Positions 10,640 through 19,013 of a stretch of 37,190 bases of DNA are shown one piece after another; position 1 is the stretch's first letter, and each line of letters opens with the position of its first letter. A program made the position numbers and the translations under genes. Under the pieces are notes generated by a model, which was not told where the DNA came from, did no database searches, and saw nothing but the letters and a program-made list of their open reading frames with translations. This DNA comes from a virus (lineage: Duplodnaviria > Caudoviricetes): the IMG/VR virus record IMGVR_UViG_3300020387_000009, positions 1 to 37,190 of that record; one strand, given 5' to 3'.

Positions 10640-11091
10640 CACCCGCTTACGCTAATGAAGATCCAAAGGTTCAAAATACATCCAATCCCGTAGCTGCTGC
10701 AACGGGTAATGTGACTAATCAAGCGGTGCAATTCCAAAATAATGGTGCACCATCTCGTCAATACTTTGGACCTAACAATAGCTGCAATGGTATGACCATG
10801 CAGTTCAGCCCTTTTTATATGGGTAACGACACAGTACCTTACGAACAGAATGGGTACGTCAAAAGTAATAACTGGGGTGCACAATTAAACTTTAGTGTAC
10901 CCTTAGATGGAAGCATGGTTGAACTCTGTAAGAGTATCGCCCGTAAACACGAACAAAAATTACGTCTTGACTATGAGCTTGTTCGTGCACTCAAATGCAC
11001 GGAAATCATGAGGAAAGGTTTTACCTTCCGTCCTGGTAGCCGTGTAGAGGTCCTGTGTCATGACGTTGTACCAATCGTATCCCTTGAATAA
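10447..11091 (+). CDS. putative secreted Cys-containing protein; true start uncertain
   Basis: Signal-peptide-like YKHYLLIGLLAVTPAYA lies internally; GAQLNFSVPLDG..C...LDYELVRALKC; TAATG coupling to next gene. Confidence 0.65.
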   Translation: MVWNKRNTKRRHRRSCNNLFSDQCGGTVSTRDCQQSSRSDRRQLGNRNHSASYKHYLLIGLLAVTPAYANEDPKVQNTSNPVAAATGNVTNQAVQFQNNGAPSRQYFGPNNSCNGMTMQFSPFYMGNDTVPYEQNGYVKSNNWGAQLNFSVPLDGSMVELCKSIARKHEQKLRLDYELVRALKCTEIMRKGFTFRPGSRVEVLCHDVVPIVSLE

Positions 11092-11342
11092 TGGAAGCAC
11101 TTGTTTCTGCCGTCATTGCGATGGTGGCAGGTGGTGCAGCGTTAAATAACCGTTTGCACAATCGTATTAATAACGTACATGATCGCATCAGTGGTCTTGA
11201 TAGACGTATTGATGCTATCGAATTAAACGTGGCACAAGACTACGTATCAAAAGCTGACCTGTCAGTCATGATCCAACGTATGGAGGACCACATGGTCCGT
11301 ATTGAAAACAAATTAGATCAAATTGTAATTAAAAGTAATTAA
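11091..11342 (+). CDS. N-terminal TM plus coiled-coil protein (holin/spanin-like candidate)
   Basis: MEALVSAVIAMVAGGAAL followed by heptad repeats. Confidence 0.65.
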   Translation: MEALVSAVIAMVAGGAALNNRLHNRINNVHDRISGLDRRIDAIELNVAQDYVSKADLSVMIQRMEDHMVRIENKLDQIVIKSN

Positions 11343-11344
11343 CT

Positions 11345-11524
11345 ATGGCTCACCAAATTATTGACAACTATAGAAGTAAAGTAATTGGCGAGTTTGATTC
11401 ACTAGCAGGAGCTGAAAAGGCTTTAAGCCACCTGTCACCAGATGAGAACCGCTACGAAATTAAATCACCCAAGGCACGTAAACCAAGGGCAAAGAAATCT
11501 GATGTCGAAGAAAAAGGCGAGTGA
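11345..11524 (+). CDS. 59-aa hypothetical protein (not in ORF track)
   Basis: MAHQIIDNYRSKVIGEFDSLAGAEKAL...KGE; fills the intergenic gap. Confidence 0.55.
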   Translation: MAHQIIDNYRSKVIGEFDSLAGAEKALSHLSPDENRYEIKSPKARKPRAKKSDVEEKGE

Positions 11525-11747
11525 AGATCAATTTAATGAGCTGCATAATTTAGTTACTACTGAGTTTCTGAAGCGCATTAAATCTGGTGAAGCAACTGCT
11601 CAAGATTTAAAAGCAGCTTGTGATTGGTTACATAAAAATGATATTAGTGGTGTTGCCTTTGAAGGTAATCCACTAGACAAACTATCTACCATTCTTCCAA
11701 AGGTAGATCCTGAACTAGTACAAACAAGACTCTATGGAAAAAGGTAG
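11502..11747 (+). CDS. terminase small subunit (gp18, DNA maturase A)
   Basis: KASEDQFNELHNLVT.EFL.RIKSGEAT.QDLKAACDWL..NDI; position upstream of terL. Confidence 0.85.
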   Translation: MSKKKASEDQFNELHNLVTTEFLKRIKSGEATAQDLKAACDWLHKNDISGVAFEGNPLDKLSTILPKVDPELVQTRLYGKR

Positions 11748-11979
11748 AACTCAAACGTATTACGATAACAACCCTGATGCTAATGCTAGACGCTTAAAGC
11801 AACAGAATAGATATCAGAATACTCCTAAAGGAAGGGCGTTAAAAATTAATGCCAATAAGCTCAGAAAAAAGCTAAAAATCCCTGTAGGAAGTACTAAAGA
11901 TGCAGCTCACTACAAAGGTAGTAAGACAGATGGTCGTCCTCAAGCTCAATCTAAAAATAGAGCTAGTAGAACTAAATGA
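11734..11979 (+). CDS. basic protein, degenerate HNH-like
   Basis: KDAAH....G.....SKNRA resembles a minimal HNH core. Confidence 0.5.
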   Translation: MEKGRTQTYYDNNPDANARRLKQQNRYQNTPKGRALKINANKLRKKLKIPVGSTKDAAHYKGSKTDGRPQAQSKNRASRTK

Positions 11980-12302
11980 CCCCATTCTTGCCTACTCCTG
12001 ATCACTACTTATACAACCTAATAGCCATGACGTCCTCTGAAGCAAAGCGCCTTTGGAGGCGCAGCATTAAAGAGCACTTTGATTGCACATGTGTCTATTG
12101 CGGAGAAACTTATGAACTTAATGAACTATCTCTTGATCACGTTATCCCTCGTTGCCGTGGAGGCGGCGACTACAGAAATGTTGTACCAGCGTGTATCAAA
12201 TGTAATCAGGAAAAAGCAAGTCAACACTACTTAGATTTTATGCGTATGACCTTCGGTGTAAACCGTCTGCGTGAATACGTCCTAGCAAAAAATACTCAAT
12301 AG
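11976..12302 (+). CDS. HNH endonuclease
   Basis: CVYCG...LDHVIPRCRGG...NVVPACIKCNQEK. Confidence 0.9.
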   Translation: MTPFLPTPDHYLYNLIAMTSSEAKRLWRRSIKEHFDCTCVYCGETYELNELSLDHVIPRCRGGGDYRNVVPACIKCNQEKASQHYLDFMRMTFGVNRLREYVLAKNTQ

Positions 12303-12324
12303 TTGCACTAAGACAACATTTATC

Positions 12325-12352
12325 GCCGTCCCAAATGGGGCGGCTTTTTTTT
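12325..12352 (+). terminator. intrinsic terminator
   Basis: GCCGTCCC-AAAT-GGGGCGGC hairpin followed by T8. Confidence 0.75.
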
Positions 12353-13273
12353 ATGGCTAAACCCAGTAAATATCAAGATGTCTATAAACTTCTAGACGAA
12401 AATCCCGGTATGACTCCTGCAGAAGCTGGGAGACAACTAGGGTATAAATTTGAACTTCATTGGAAAAGTAAAGAAGACAGACGTGTTGGTCCTAAAAGCC
12501 GTGGTTCAGATAGTAACCGGTCTTTCAGAAGTAAACAGCAAACTATAGGTGGTAAAAATCCTATATGGAATACCTCCACACCTGGATTTCAGAAACACCA
12601 CAAACGAATGATTAGTTTGTACGCACCCTTGTACAAAAATCTAAAAGATTCTGAAGCTATAGAATTATCTAAACATGCTTTAGAACAAGGGTTAGCTCTT
12701 GGCGATCACTTAGATAATTACCAACCATTGCCTAAATCAGTGCACACTAAAGTTCATGATTACATGAGAAAACATGGTATGACTGGATCTCACATGCCTG
12801 ATTTCTCTGGAGCTGATTTAAAAACCAGAATAAAAGCATTTGATGCTTTATATAGAGATTATATTCAACCCGATATTGACAGAGCTACCAAATTTTTTTT
12901 AACGGATTTTGAACTCGAATTTAAACGTGCTAAGGACTTCCCTAGAGGTGTAAACGTTTTACCTGAAAATAGTAGAGGATTAAGACGTCTTGCGAAAAAT
13001 GTCACAAGAGCTATTCCTGGACCATTAGATAATTTTGCTGTAGGTGTACCTTTGGCCGTTGCTGCAGCTGGACACGCTTCACTTACTAATGGTAACCCTG
13101 CACAAGCAGCTGCTGATACAACTGTTGATTTTCTTACTGATGATTTTAGTGGTGGACAACTTTCTCCCGGAACTCTTGAATCTCATGAGGATGAATTACG
13201 AAGACATAAAATATCTAATGGGATGACAAGTGATATGTTCCCTAATCCTAATGGATTCAATGGTACTTATTAA
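12353..13273 (+). CDS. hypothetical protein with His-Me-finger (HNH-like) motif
   Basis: KHHK.....DN..PLPKSVHTKVH; start chosen at the ATG right after the terminator T-tract. Confidence 0.55.
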   Translation: MAKPSKYQDVYKLLDENPGMTPAEAGRQLGYKFELHWKSKEDRRVGPKSRGSDSNRSFRSKQQTIGGKNPIWNTSTPGFQKHHKRMISLYAPLYKNLKDSEAIELSKHALEQGLALGDHLDNYQPLPKSVHTKVHDYMRKHGMTGSHMPDFSGADLKTRIKAFDALYRDYIQPDIDRATKFFLTDFELEFKRAKDFPRGVNVLPENSRGLRRLAKNVTRAIPGPLDNFAVGVPLAVAAAGHASLTNGNPAQAAADTTVDFLTDDFSGGQLSPGTLESHEDELRRHKISNGMTSDMFPNPNGFNGTY

Positions 13274-13275
13274 AT

Positions 13276-15009
13276 ATGTCAAACGTTTTAACCGCCCTAC
13301 AGGGTGATTTTAAATTGTTCCTACAAGCGTTGTGGGAACAGTTAGATCTCCCTTCTCCAACACGTGCTCAATATGCAATCGCAGACTATATTCAACATGG
13401 ACCTAAGCGTCTTCAAATACAAGCTTTCCGTGGAGTGGGAAAGAGCTGGATTACTGGAGCCTTTGTTCTGTGGACGCTTTTTAATAACGTTGAAAAAAAG
13501 ATCATGATCATTTCGGCATCTAAAGAACGTGCCGACAACATGTCAATCTTCCTACAAAAACTAATTATTGAAACACCATGGCTTTCTCATTTACGTCCGA
13601 AGTCCGACGATGCAAGGTGGTCGAGGATAAGCTTCGATGTGAACTGCTCACCCCACCAGGCTCCAAGCGTAAAGTCGGTGGGCATCACTGGTCAGCTAAC
13701 CGGAAGCCGCGCAGATTTAATGATTCTCGACGACATTGAAGTTCCTGGTAACTCAATGACGGAAATGATGAGGGAGAAACTTTTACAACTTTGTACTGAA
13801 GCTGAATCCATCCTTACTCCTAAAAAAGATAGTCGAATCATGTATTTGGGTACTCCCCAAACAACATTTACTGTCTACAGAAAGCTTGCAGAACGGAACT
13901 ACAGACCGTTTGTTTGGCCTGCACGTATCCCACGGTCTCTTGCTAATTACGAGGGTCTTATAGCTCCTCAGCTGCAGGCTGATATTGATAACGGTTCTAA
14001 GGCGTGGGATGTAACTGACCCTGATCGTTTTAGTGATGAAGACCTAATTGAACGTGAAGCGTCAATGGGTCGTAGCAACTTCATGTTGCAGTTCCAATTA
14101 GACACAACACTGAGTGATGCTGAGAAATTCCCTCTTAAATGCGCTGATTTGGTCGTTACTAGTGTCAACCCTACTGACGCACCCGACTCGGTCGTATGGT
14201 GCTCCGATCCAAAAAATATCATCAAAGAACTCCCAACTGTTGGTTTACCTGGAGATTATTTCTACAGCCCAATGCAGTTACAAGGAGAATGGCATCCTTA
14301 CAGCGAAACAATCTGCAGCGTTGATCCGTCGGGTCGAGGGACGGATGAAACGACAGCAGCTTATATCTCCCAACGCAACGGTTTCTTGTACTTGCACAAC
14401 ATGCGAGCTTATAGAGACGGGTATTCCGACGAAACACTTCTCGATATTTTAAAAGGTTGCCGTAAATATGGCGTCACTAAACTTGTTATTGAAACCAACT
14501 TTGGTGATGGTATCGTCGCTGAACTTTTTAAAAAACACCTCCATCAAACACAACAACTTGTTGATGTCGAAGAGGTCCGTGCCACAGTACGTAAAGAAGA
14601 CAGAATTATTGATAGCCTTGAGCCTGTCCTTAACCAACACCGGCTTGTTGTAGACAAATCAGTCATTGAATGGGACTTTAGATCTAACCCTGATGAAGCT
14701 CCTGAACGTCGCCTCATGTACATGCTGTTCTATCAGATGTCCCGTATGTGTCGTGAAAAAGGTGCAGTTAAACATGACGACAGATTGGACTGTTTAGCAC
14801 AAGGTGTGAAGTACTTTACTGATGCTTTTGCTATCTCTGCTCACGAAGCAGTTAAAACAAGAAAGCAAGATGAATGGAATCAAATGCTTGCAGAATGGCA
14901 AGATGATCCTCAAGCAGCTGCTAATCATATGGTCCTTGGAATGAATTTAGACCAACGTAGACAAGCTGCAGGTGTCACAGTAGACAACTCAGTCCCCACC
15001 TGGGTTTAG
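13276..15009 (+). CDS. terminase large subunit (gp19, DNA maturase B)
   Basis: Walker A AFRGVGKS, LMILDDIE, GTPQ, nuclease VDPSGRG, HDDRLD. Confidence 0.97.
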   Translation: MSNVLTALQGDFKLFLQALWEQLDLPSPTRAQYAIADYIQHGPKRLQIQAFRGVGKSWITGAFVLWTLFNNVEKKIMIISASKERADNMSIFLQKLIIETPWLSHLRPKSDDARWSRISFDVNCSPHQAPSVKSVGITGQLTGSRADLMILDDIEVPGNSMTEMMREKLLQLCTEAESILTPKKDSRIMYLGTPQTTFTVYRKLAERNYRPFVWPARIPRSLANYEGLIAPQLQADIDNGSKAWDVTDPDRFSDEDLIEREASMGRSNFMLQFQLDTTLSDAEKFPLKCADLVVTSVNPTDAPDSVVWCSDPKNIIKELPTVGLPGDYFYSPMQLQGEWHPYSETICSVDPSGRGTDETTAAYISQRNGFLYLHNMRAYRDGYSDETLLDILKGCRKYGVTKLVIETNFGDGIVAELFKKHLHQTQQLVDVEEVRATVRKEDRIIDSLEPVLNQHRLVVDKSVIEWDFRSNPDEAPERRLMYMLFYQMSRMCREKGAVKHDDRLDCLAQGVKYFTDAFAISAHEAVKTRKQDEWNQMLAEWQDDPQAAANHMVLGMNLDQRRQAAGVTVDNSVPTWV

Positions 15010-15011
15010 GT

Positions 15012-15036
15012 TGATCCGACAGTTATACAGGGGGAA
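15012..15036 (+). promoter_or_regulatory. putative phage RNAP promoter, copy 1
   Basis: TGATCCGACAGTTATACAGGG is identical to 21462-21482 and resembles T7 TAATACGACTCACTATAGGG. Confidence 0.6.
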
Positions 15037-15226
15037 GAGAAGGGTGGACTCTTCTTTCTGTACTTTTGGGGAGACACAATCTCCCCTTTAATAATGTCCG
15101 CTGAATGGACATTCTGTAAGTACCGCCCAAAGGAAGACAACCAAAACTTCTTTTTCTTTTACTAACTCCTGGTTGATTTTGTGATCCTCTGAATGGACCT
15201 CCTTATCAACCCTTTGTTTACTATAC

Positions 15227-15859
15227 ATGTCAAAAGTAAAACTAATCCACTCTACTCCTGATGGTGATAATCTCGTAGCTTATATGGCTAGAGTCTCTAA
15301 TCCATCTAATCAAGATAACACTGAGACCAGTGCACGTCTGATTAAGTATCTAGTTAAACATAAACACTGGTCACCTTTTGAAATGGTGAACATGTGTGTA
15401 GAAATTAAAACTACTCGTAGTATTGCAGCTCAAATCCTTAGACATAGATCCTTTAGCTTTCAAGAGTTTAGTCAAAGGTATTCTCAAGTTCATGATCGTC
15501 CTGTAATTCCTAATCTTCGTAGACAAGATGATAAAAATAGACAAAATAGTGTTGATGACCTAGATCCTTTTACTGTTCAAGACTTTCAACTTAAAGCTGA
15601 TCAACTCTATGATATGTCCTTATTCCTTTATAATGAAATGTTGTGTGCAGGTGTAGCTAAAGAGTGTGCAAGAGAAATTCTTCCACTGTCTACTCCTACT
15701 ACTTTGTATATGAATGGAACCCTTAGGTCTTGGATTCATTATTGTGATCTTAGATGTGGTAATGGTACACAGTTAGAACATAAAGTTATTGCAGATCAAT
15801 GTAAAGAGCTGATTTCTCAGCAGTTTCCTATGTCAGCAGCAGGTGCTTGGTATGTGTGA
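15227..15859 (+). CDS. thyX: FAD-dependent thymidylate synthase
   Basis: HWSPFE and RHRSFSFQEFSQRY signature. Confidence 0.95.
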   Translation: MSKVKLIHSTPDGDNLVAYMARVSNPSNQDNTETSARLIKYLVKHKHWSPFEMVNMCVEIKTTRSIAAQILRHRSFSFQEFSQRYSQVHDRPVIPNLRRQDDKNRQNSVDDLDPFTVQDFQLKADQLYDMSLFLYNEMLCAGVAKECAREILPLSTPTTLYMNGTLRSWIHYCDLRCGNGTQLEHKVIADQCKELISQQFPMSAAGAWYV

Positions 15860-16013
15860 ATACGTGTTTTCTATGCTTATTGTGGGTCTTGTTAACGTGG
15901 CTCCTGACGTTTATGTTGTTCAAGCCTTGGATCATGATAAAAAATTAGTTGAATGTGCATTCCTTATTCAACGAGATAAATTGGCAGAAATGCATAAGGA
16001 TTATGTATTATGA
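15852..16013 (+). CDS. 53-aa hypothetical protein (not in ORF track)
   Basis: MCEYVFSMLIVGLVNVAPD...; overlaps thyX stop. Confidence 0.5.
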   Translation: MCEYVFSMLIVGLVNVAPDVYVVQALDHDKKLVECAFLIQRDKLAEMHKDYVL

Positions 16014-16162
16014 TGGAATTAGATCCAATTAAGGTGGTAAAATGCAAGGAATGTGGCGTTGATGTCGTAGTTAACGCTAATTATCCTATTACTGAGGTTG
16101 AATGTAGTCCTAGGTATTGTCCTAAACCAGCAAATTTAGAGGCTGATGAAAAAATAACATAA
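16010..16162 (+). CDS. 50-aa Zn-ribbon-like protein (not in ORF track)
   Basis: CKECG...VNANYPI..V.CSPRYC; ATGA coupling. Confidence 0.55.
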   Translation: MMELDPIKVVKCKECGVDVVVNANYPITEVECSPRYCPKPANLEADEKIT

Positions 16163-16500
16163 ATTTCTGAAGTCTTATACGTAATAACACGGGCGCAAAT
16201 TCCCCCATAGGGGGGTCATAGACCTCGTTAGTTCTATAAACTAACGGATGGCAAGGGGTTTTAGATGAAACGCGGGCGCATGAGGCGCACGATATCCTCA
16301 CGCATGCGTGTATCGCGGTGTCGCGATCTGTTGCGCCTTATTGAGAATGACTGCTATGACTGCGATCTCAGCTGATAAGCAGCGCTGATCAATGGCTGAC
16401 CAAAGTCTTATCATTCCGTCATTGCAATGGTTCTCAGCCATCACGGTACAGCCTGATACCAGATTGTCCAAGAGCAACCGTTGCCGAGCTGCTATGGTGG
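16163..16500. other. probable genome-end junction / collapsed terminal repeat region
   Basis: Non-coding, palindrome-rich stretch between the last late genes and the first early genes, as expected when T7-like genome ends are joined. Confidence 0.6.
16490..16498 (+). promoter_or_regulatory. candidate host sigma70 extended -10 early promoter
   Basis: TGcTATGGT, a few nt upstream of the long leader hairpin; weak -35. Confidence 0.35.
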
Positions 16501-16591
16501 AACCAGTTGAGTGGTTGATGATCTTGATCTCGACTCTCCCTGTTAAGGGGGAGGAGAGTCTCGATCTTCAATCACCACTCACTGCCTCACA

Positions 16592-16610
16592 GAACCTTGA
16601 CAACTGAATA
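16592..16610 (+). promoter_or_regulatory. boxA-like antitermination element
   Basis: GAACCTTGACAACTGAATA resembles cyanobacterial rrn boxA (GAACCTTGAAAAC); preceded by a long hairpin. Confidence 0.5.
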
Positions 16611-16867
16611 AGCACACCGCTTCCAGATTAACTGGTGAGTAGCGATGACCGGCATGGGTTCTTGACCGGGAGGTGTGGTAGATCTACATGAATTGTTACA
16701 TGGCGGAGCCACACGCCCAATTGCTCATGGCACACAGGGATGTACCTATGCGTCCCGCACTACATATGCACATAGGCAGGCAGACACGTGAGCGTCCTGT
16801 CGGGTGCAAGGTCCCGACACTGCCATTGCGTCATCAAGTACGCATCAACTGTTTATCAATTTCTTTC

Positions 16868-17146
16868 ATGTTCTTTCCTGTTCAATTCCGCTCATCTGAT
16901 TGCGTTGAGCGTATGTATGTTGACCCATTCAATGGGTTAGTACAACTTGCATACCGTAAGGGTGCAGTCTACGAGTACTCACATGTATCCCGTAAAGCAA
17001 TCATCAACCTTCTCATGAACCCAAACATGAGTCTCGGTTTGTGGGTTAATGACAACCTGCTTTCATATAACTCTAAGTCAGCAATCTACGGAGATTGCAT
17101 CACTTTACGTTGTCTCGATAGCAAGAACTTGCCTATCGCTGCATGA
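16868..17146 (+). CDS. first early protein, KTSC-like fold candidate
   Basis: RSS.CV...VD...G.V..Y.KG.VYEY.HVS...SLG.WVN; start at internal ATG. Confidence 0.6.
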   Translation: MFFPVQFRSSDCVERMYVDPFNGLVQLAYRKGAVYEYSHVSRKAIINLLMNPNMSLGLWVNDNLLSYNSKSAIYGDCITLRCLDSKNLPIAA

Positions 17147-17223
17147 GTTACGGCGTGATGCCGGGGATCGGATCCCCACTCATGTCTGGGACGTAGTCCC
17201 TTTATTGTTTCACTTAGTTAATC

Positions 17224-17532
17224 ATGACACTGTACAACACTGACCCTGCTGATTATCTCACCAGTACATACAGCATGGACGCACTCAAAGACATAGCCAA
17301 ACACGGCTGTGAATCAGGTGCTGCTCATGATCACATCTACTACAGCCAGACTAATGAGTTCTTCGATCAATATGAAGAACACATTGTCCAAGCATATGAT
17401 GTAGCGTTTGGTGAGAATATCTTTGCAGCTGCAGCTAAAGCTGGTCAAGAATCCATTCAATGCATCAAGAACTGGTGCACTTGGTGGTATATCGAAGACT
17501 TTGCACATTTTAACATTGAATTTGCTGCTTGA
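17224..17532 (+). CDS. acidic early protein (possible Ocr-like DNA mimic)
   Basis: DIAKHGCESG...IYYSQTNEFFDQYEEHI; early position. Confidence 0.55.
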   Translation: MTLYNTDPADYLTSTYSMDALKDIAKHGCESGAAHDHIYYSQTNEFFDQYEEHIVQAYDVAFGENIFAAAAKAGQESIQCIKNWCTWWYIEDFAHFNIEFAA

Positions 17533-17619
17533 TTCCCACTAACAACCCTTCCACATGGTTAATCATGTGGTGGGTTATTTGAGGGATTCACCCTCTTGTT
17601 GTTTATCCATCAAGAACTG

Positions 17620-17784
17620 ATGCACTACATCAACTATCAACCATTCGTCAACGGTTGGTATGACTCACTGAACGATGCATATGCACACAGTGAGCCTGAC
17701 ACATTTGGTGATGATCATTGTTCACGCTTTCACCAATACGTGTACGACTGCATTGAATGTATTAATGACGAGGACTACGAATGA
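17620..17784 (+). CDS. small acidic early protein
   Basis: MHYINYQPFVNGWYDSL...DEDYE. Confidence 0.5.
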   Translation: MHYINYQPFVNGWYDSLNDAYAHSEPDTFGDDHCSRFHQYVYDCIECINDEDYE

Positions 17785-17914
17785 CTCAAGAACACATACG
17801 AGAACTACAACTCGTAGCCCTCCAAGATTACAAGAAGAAGCTCATCACAAAGGAGCAACTTGTAAACATCGTTCACTTACTTGATCGTAAGTCTTTCATT
17901 CACTCTGCCTAATT

Positions 17915-18133
17915 ATGTTCGACACTCCATCCGATCTACTCAATCACAACCAACGCATTAGTTCTCTTCCGCACAAGGACGCAGGGACTGATGATTTAAT
18001 TAGCCAAGCAGAAATGTTTGGCTTTGCTAATTATCATTTAGCCCGTGCTGCTGCATGTATGCTTCTCGATCATGGCGTTGAACATGAGTTATTCATGCAC
18101 GCTATGTCAGATGAGCTTGAAGCACGTGGTTAG
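17915..18133 (+). CDS. hypothetical early protein
   Basis: 72-aa ORF with AT-rich start context. Confidence 0.6.
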   Translation: MFDTPSDLLNHNQRISSLPHKDAGTDDLISQAEMFGFANYHLARAAACMLLDHGVEHELFMHAMSDELEARG

Positions 18134-18199
18134 ATAGAAGAAAAAGAGGAAGACTAAATAACACATAACGTTCACAATCACGCTTCAGGGACACATTTA

Positions 18200-18379
18200 A
18201 TGCCACTACTTGGTAACCAAAAGTTAGATGAATATGCAGTAATCCTTACTAACGGTGAGGAGAAATGGACAGAGTATGTCTACTCTCCCGACTTAGAACA
18301 TGCCGCATGGGCTGGGCTTGAGTTGTCCAAAAACCGTAATGCAACCCTAAAAGATGTAATCAGAATCGATGACTGGTAG
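18200..18379 (+). CDS. 59-aa early protein (not in ORF track)
   Basis: MPLLGNQKLDEYAV...DLEHAAWAGLELSKNRNATLKDV. Confidence 0.55.
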   Translation: MPLLGNQKLDEYAVILTNGEEKWTEYVYSPDLEHAAWAGLELSKNRNATLKDVIRIDDW

Positions 18380-18722
18380 AAAGTATTTCCCTAACAACTG
18401 GCAACGATACAAGGACGCACCGGATGACATGTTCATGCCTCATACCTATGAGGAAATCATGGACTACAAGATCGGTGGTTGGTCGTTGCCAAGCAACATT
18501 AACTGCATCATTCGTGAAGAGCACGTACTCACTGGCAAGATCAAGGAGCACGTGTATCAACGAGCACATGCAGCTAGTAACAAAATCAAGCAGTTACTAG
18601 AAAGAGATGATACCGAATTCATGGTATGTACCTCTGAGAATATTCATTACATTTCACAAATCCCTCTTGATGACTACGAAGATGACGACAATGAGCGACA
18701 GGACAGCGAAGAAACTGGCTGA
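18369..18722 (+). CDS. cyanopodovirus early protein
   Basis: KYFPNNW..YKDAPD..F...W.LP....CIIR....GKIKE.VY. Confidence 0.7.
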   Translation: MTGRKYFPNNWQRYKDAPDDMFMPHTYEEIMDYKIGGWSLPSNINCIIREEHVLTGKIKEHVYQRAHAASNKIKQLLERDDTEFMVCTSENIHYISQIPLDDYEDDDNERQDSEETG

Positions 18723-18834
18723 TCAATTAATCAAAGAAGTGAGCAATCATCCCTATAAGGATGAGCTCATGCATTTAATGCATACTCAGTTGCATGATGA
18801 CTTGGATACCCGTACTGTTTGCCAGTCCCGTTGA
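18691..18834 (+). CDS. small hypothetical protein
   Basis: LIKEVSNHPYKDELMHLMHTQL.DD. Confidence 0.5.
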   Translation: MSDRTAKKLADQLIKEVSNHPYKDELMHLMHTQLHDDLDTRTVCQSR

Positions 18835-19013
18835 TTATTGCGAGTGATTTTCTGTTCATGTCAATCCTCCATTTGGAGGTTCTTCTTTGCGATTTATTGA
18901 TTTCTGTATTTCCACCGATGAGGTTTCTTTCTTTGACTTATGGCTAAATGGTACTGGTGTATCGTTCCACATAGGCAAAATACGTGTAGACTTTTGTCTA
19001 CCTCGCTTGCGTT

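Noticed and set aside
16163-16500. Explicit direct terminal repeat pair
   Set aside because: Only one copy is visible; endpoints cannot be set without read data.
16392-16867. ORF 16392-16607 and the upstream extension of ORF 16688
   Set aside because: They overlap the promoter, hairpins and boxA-like site; the translations look non-protein-like.
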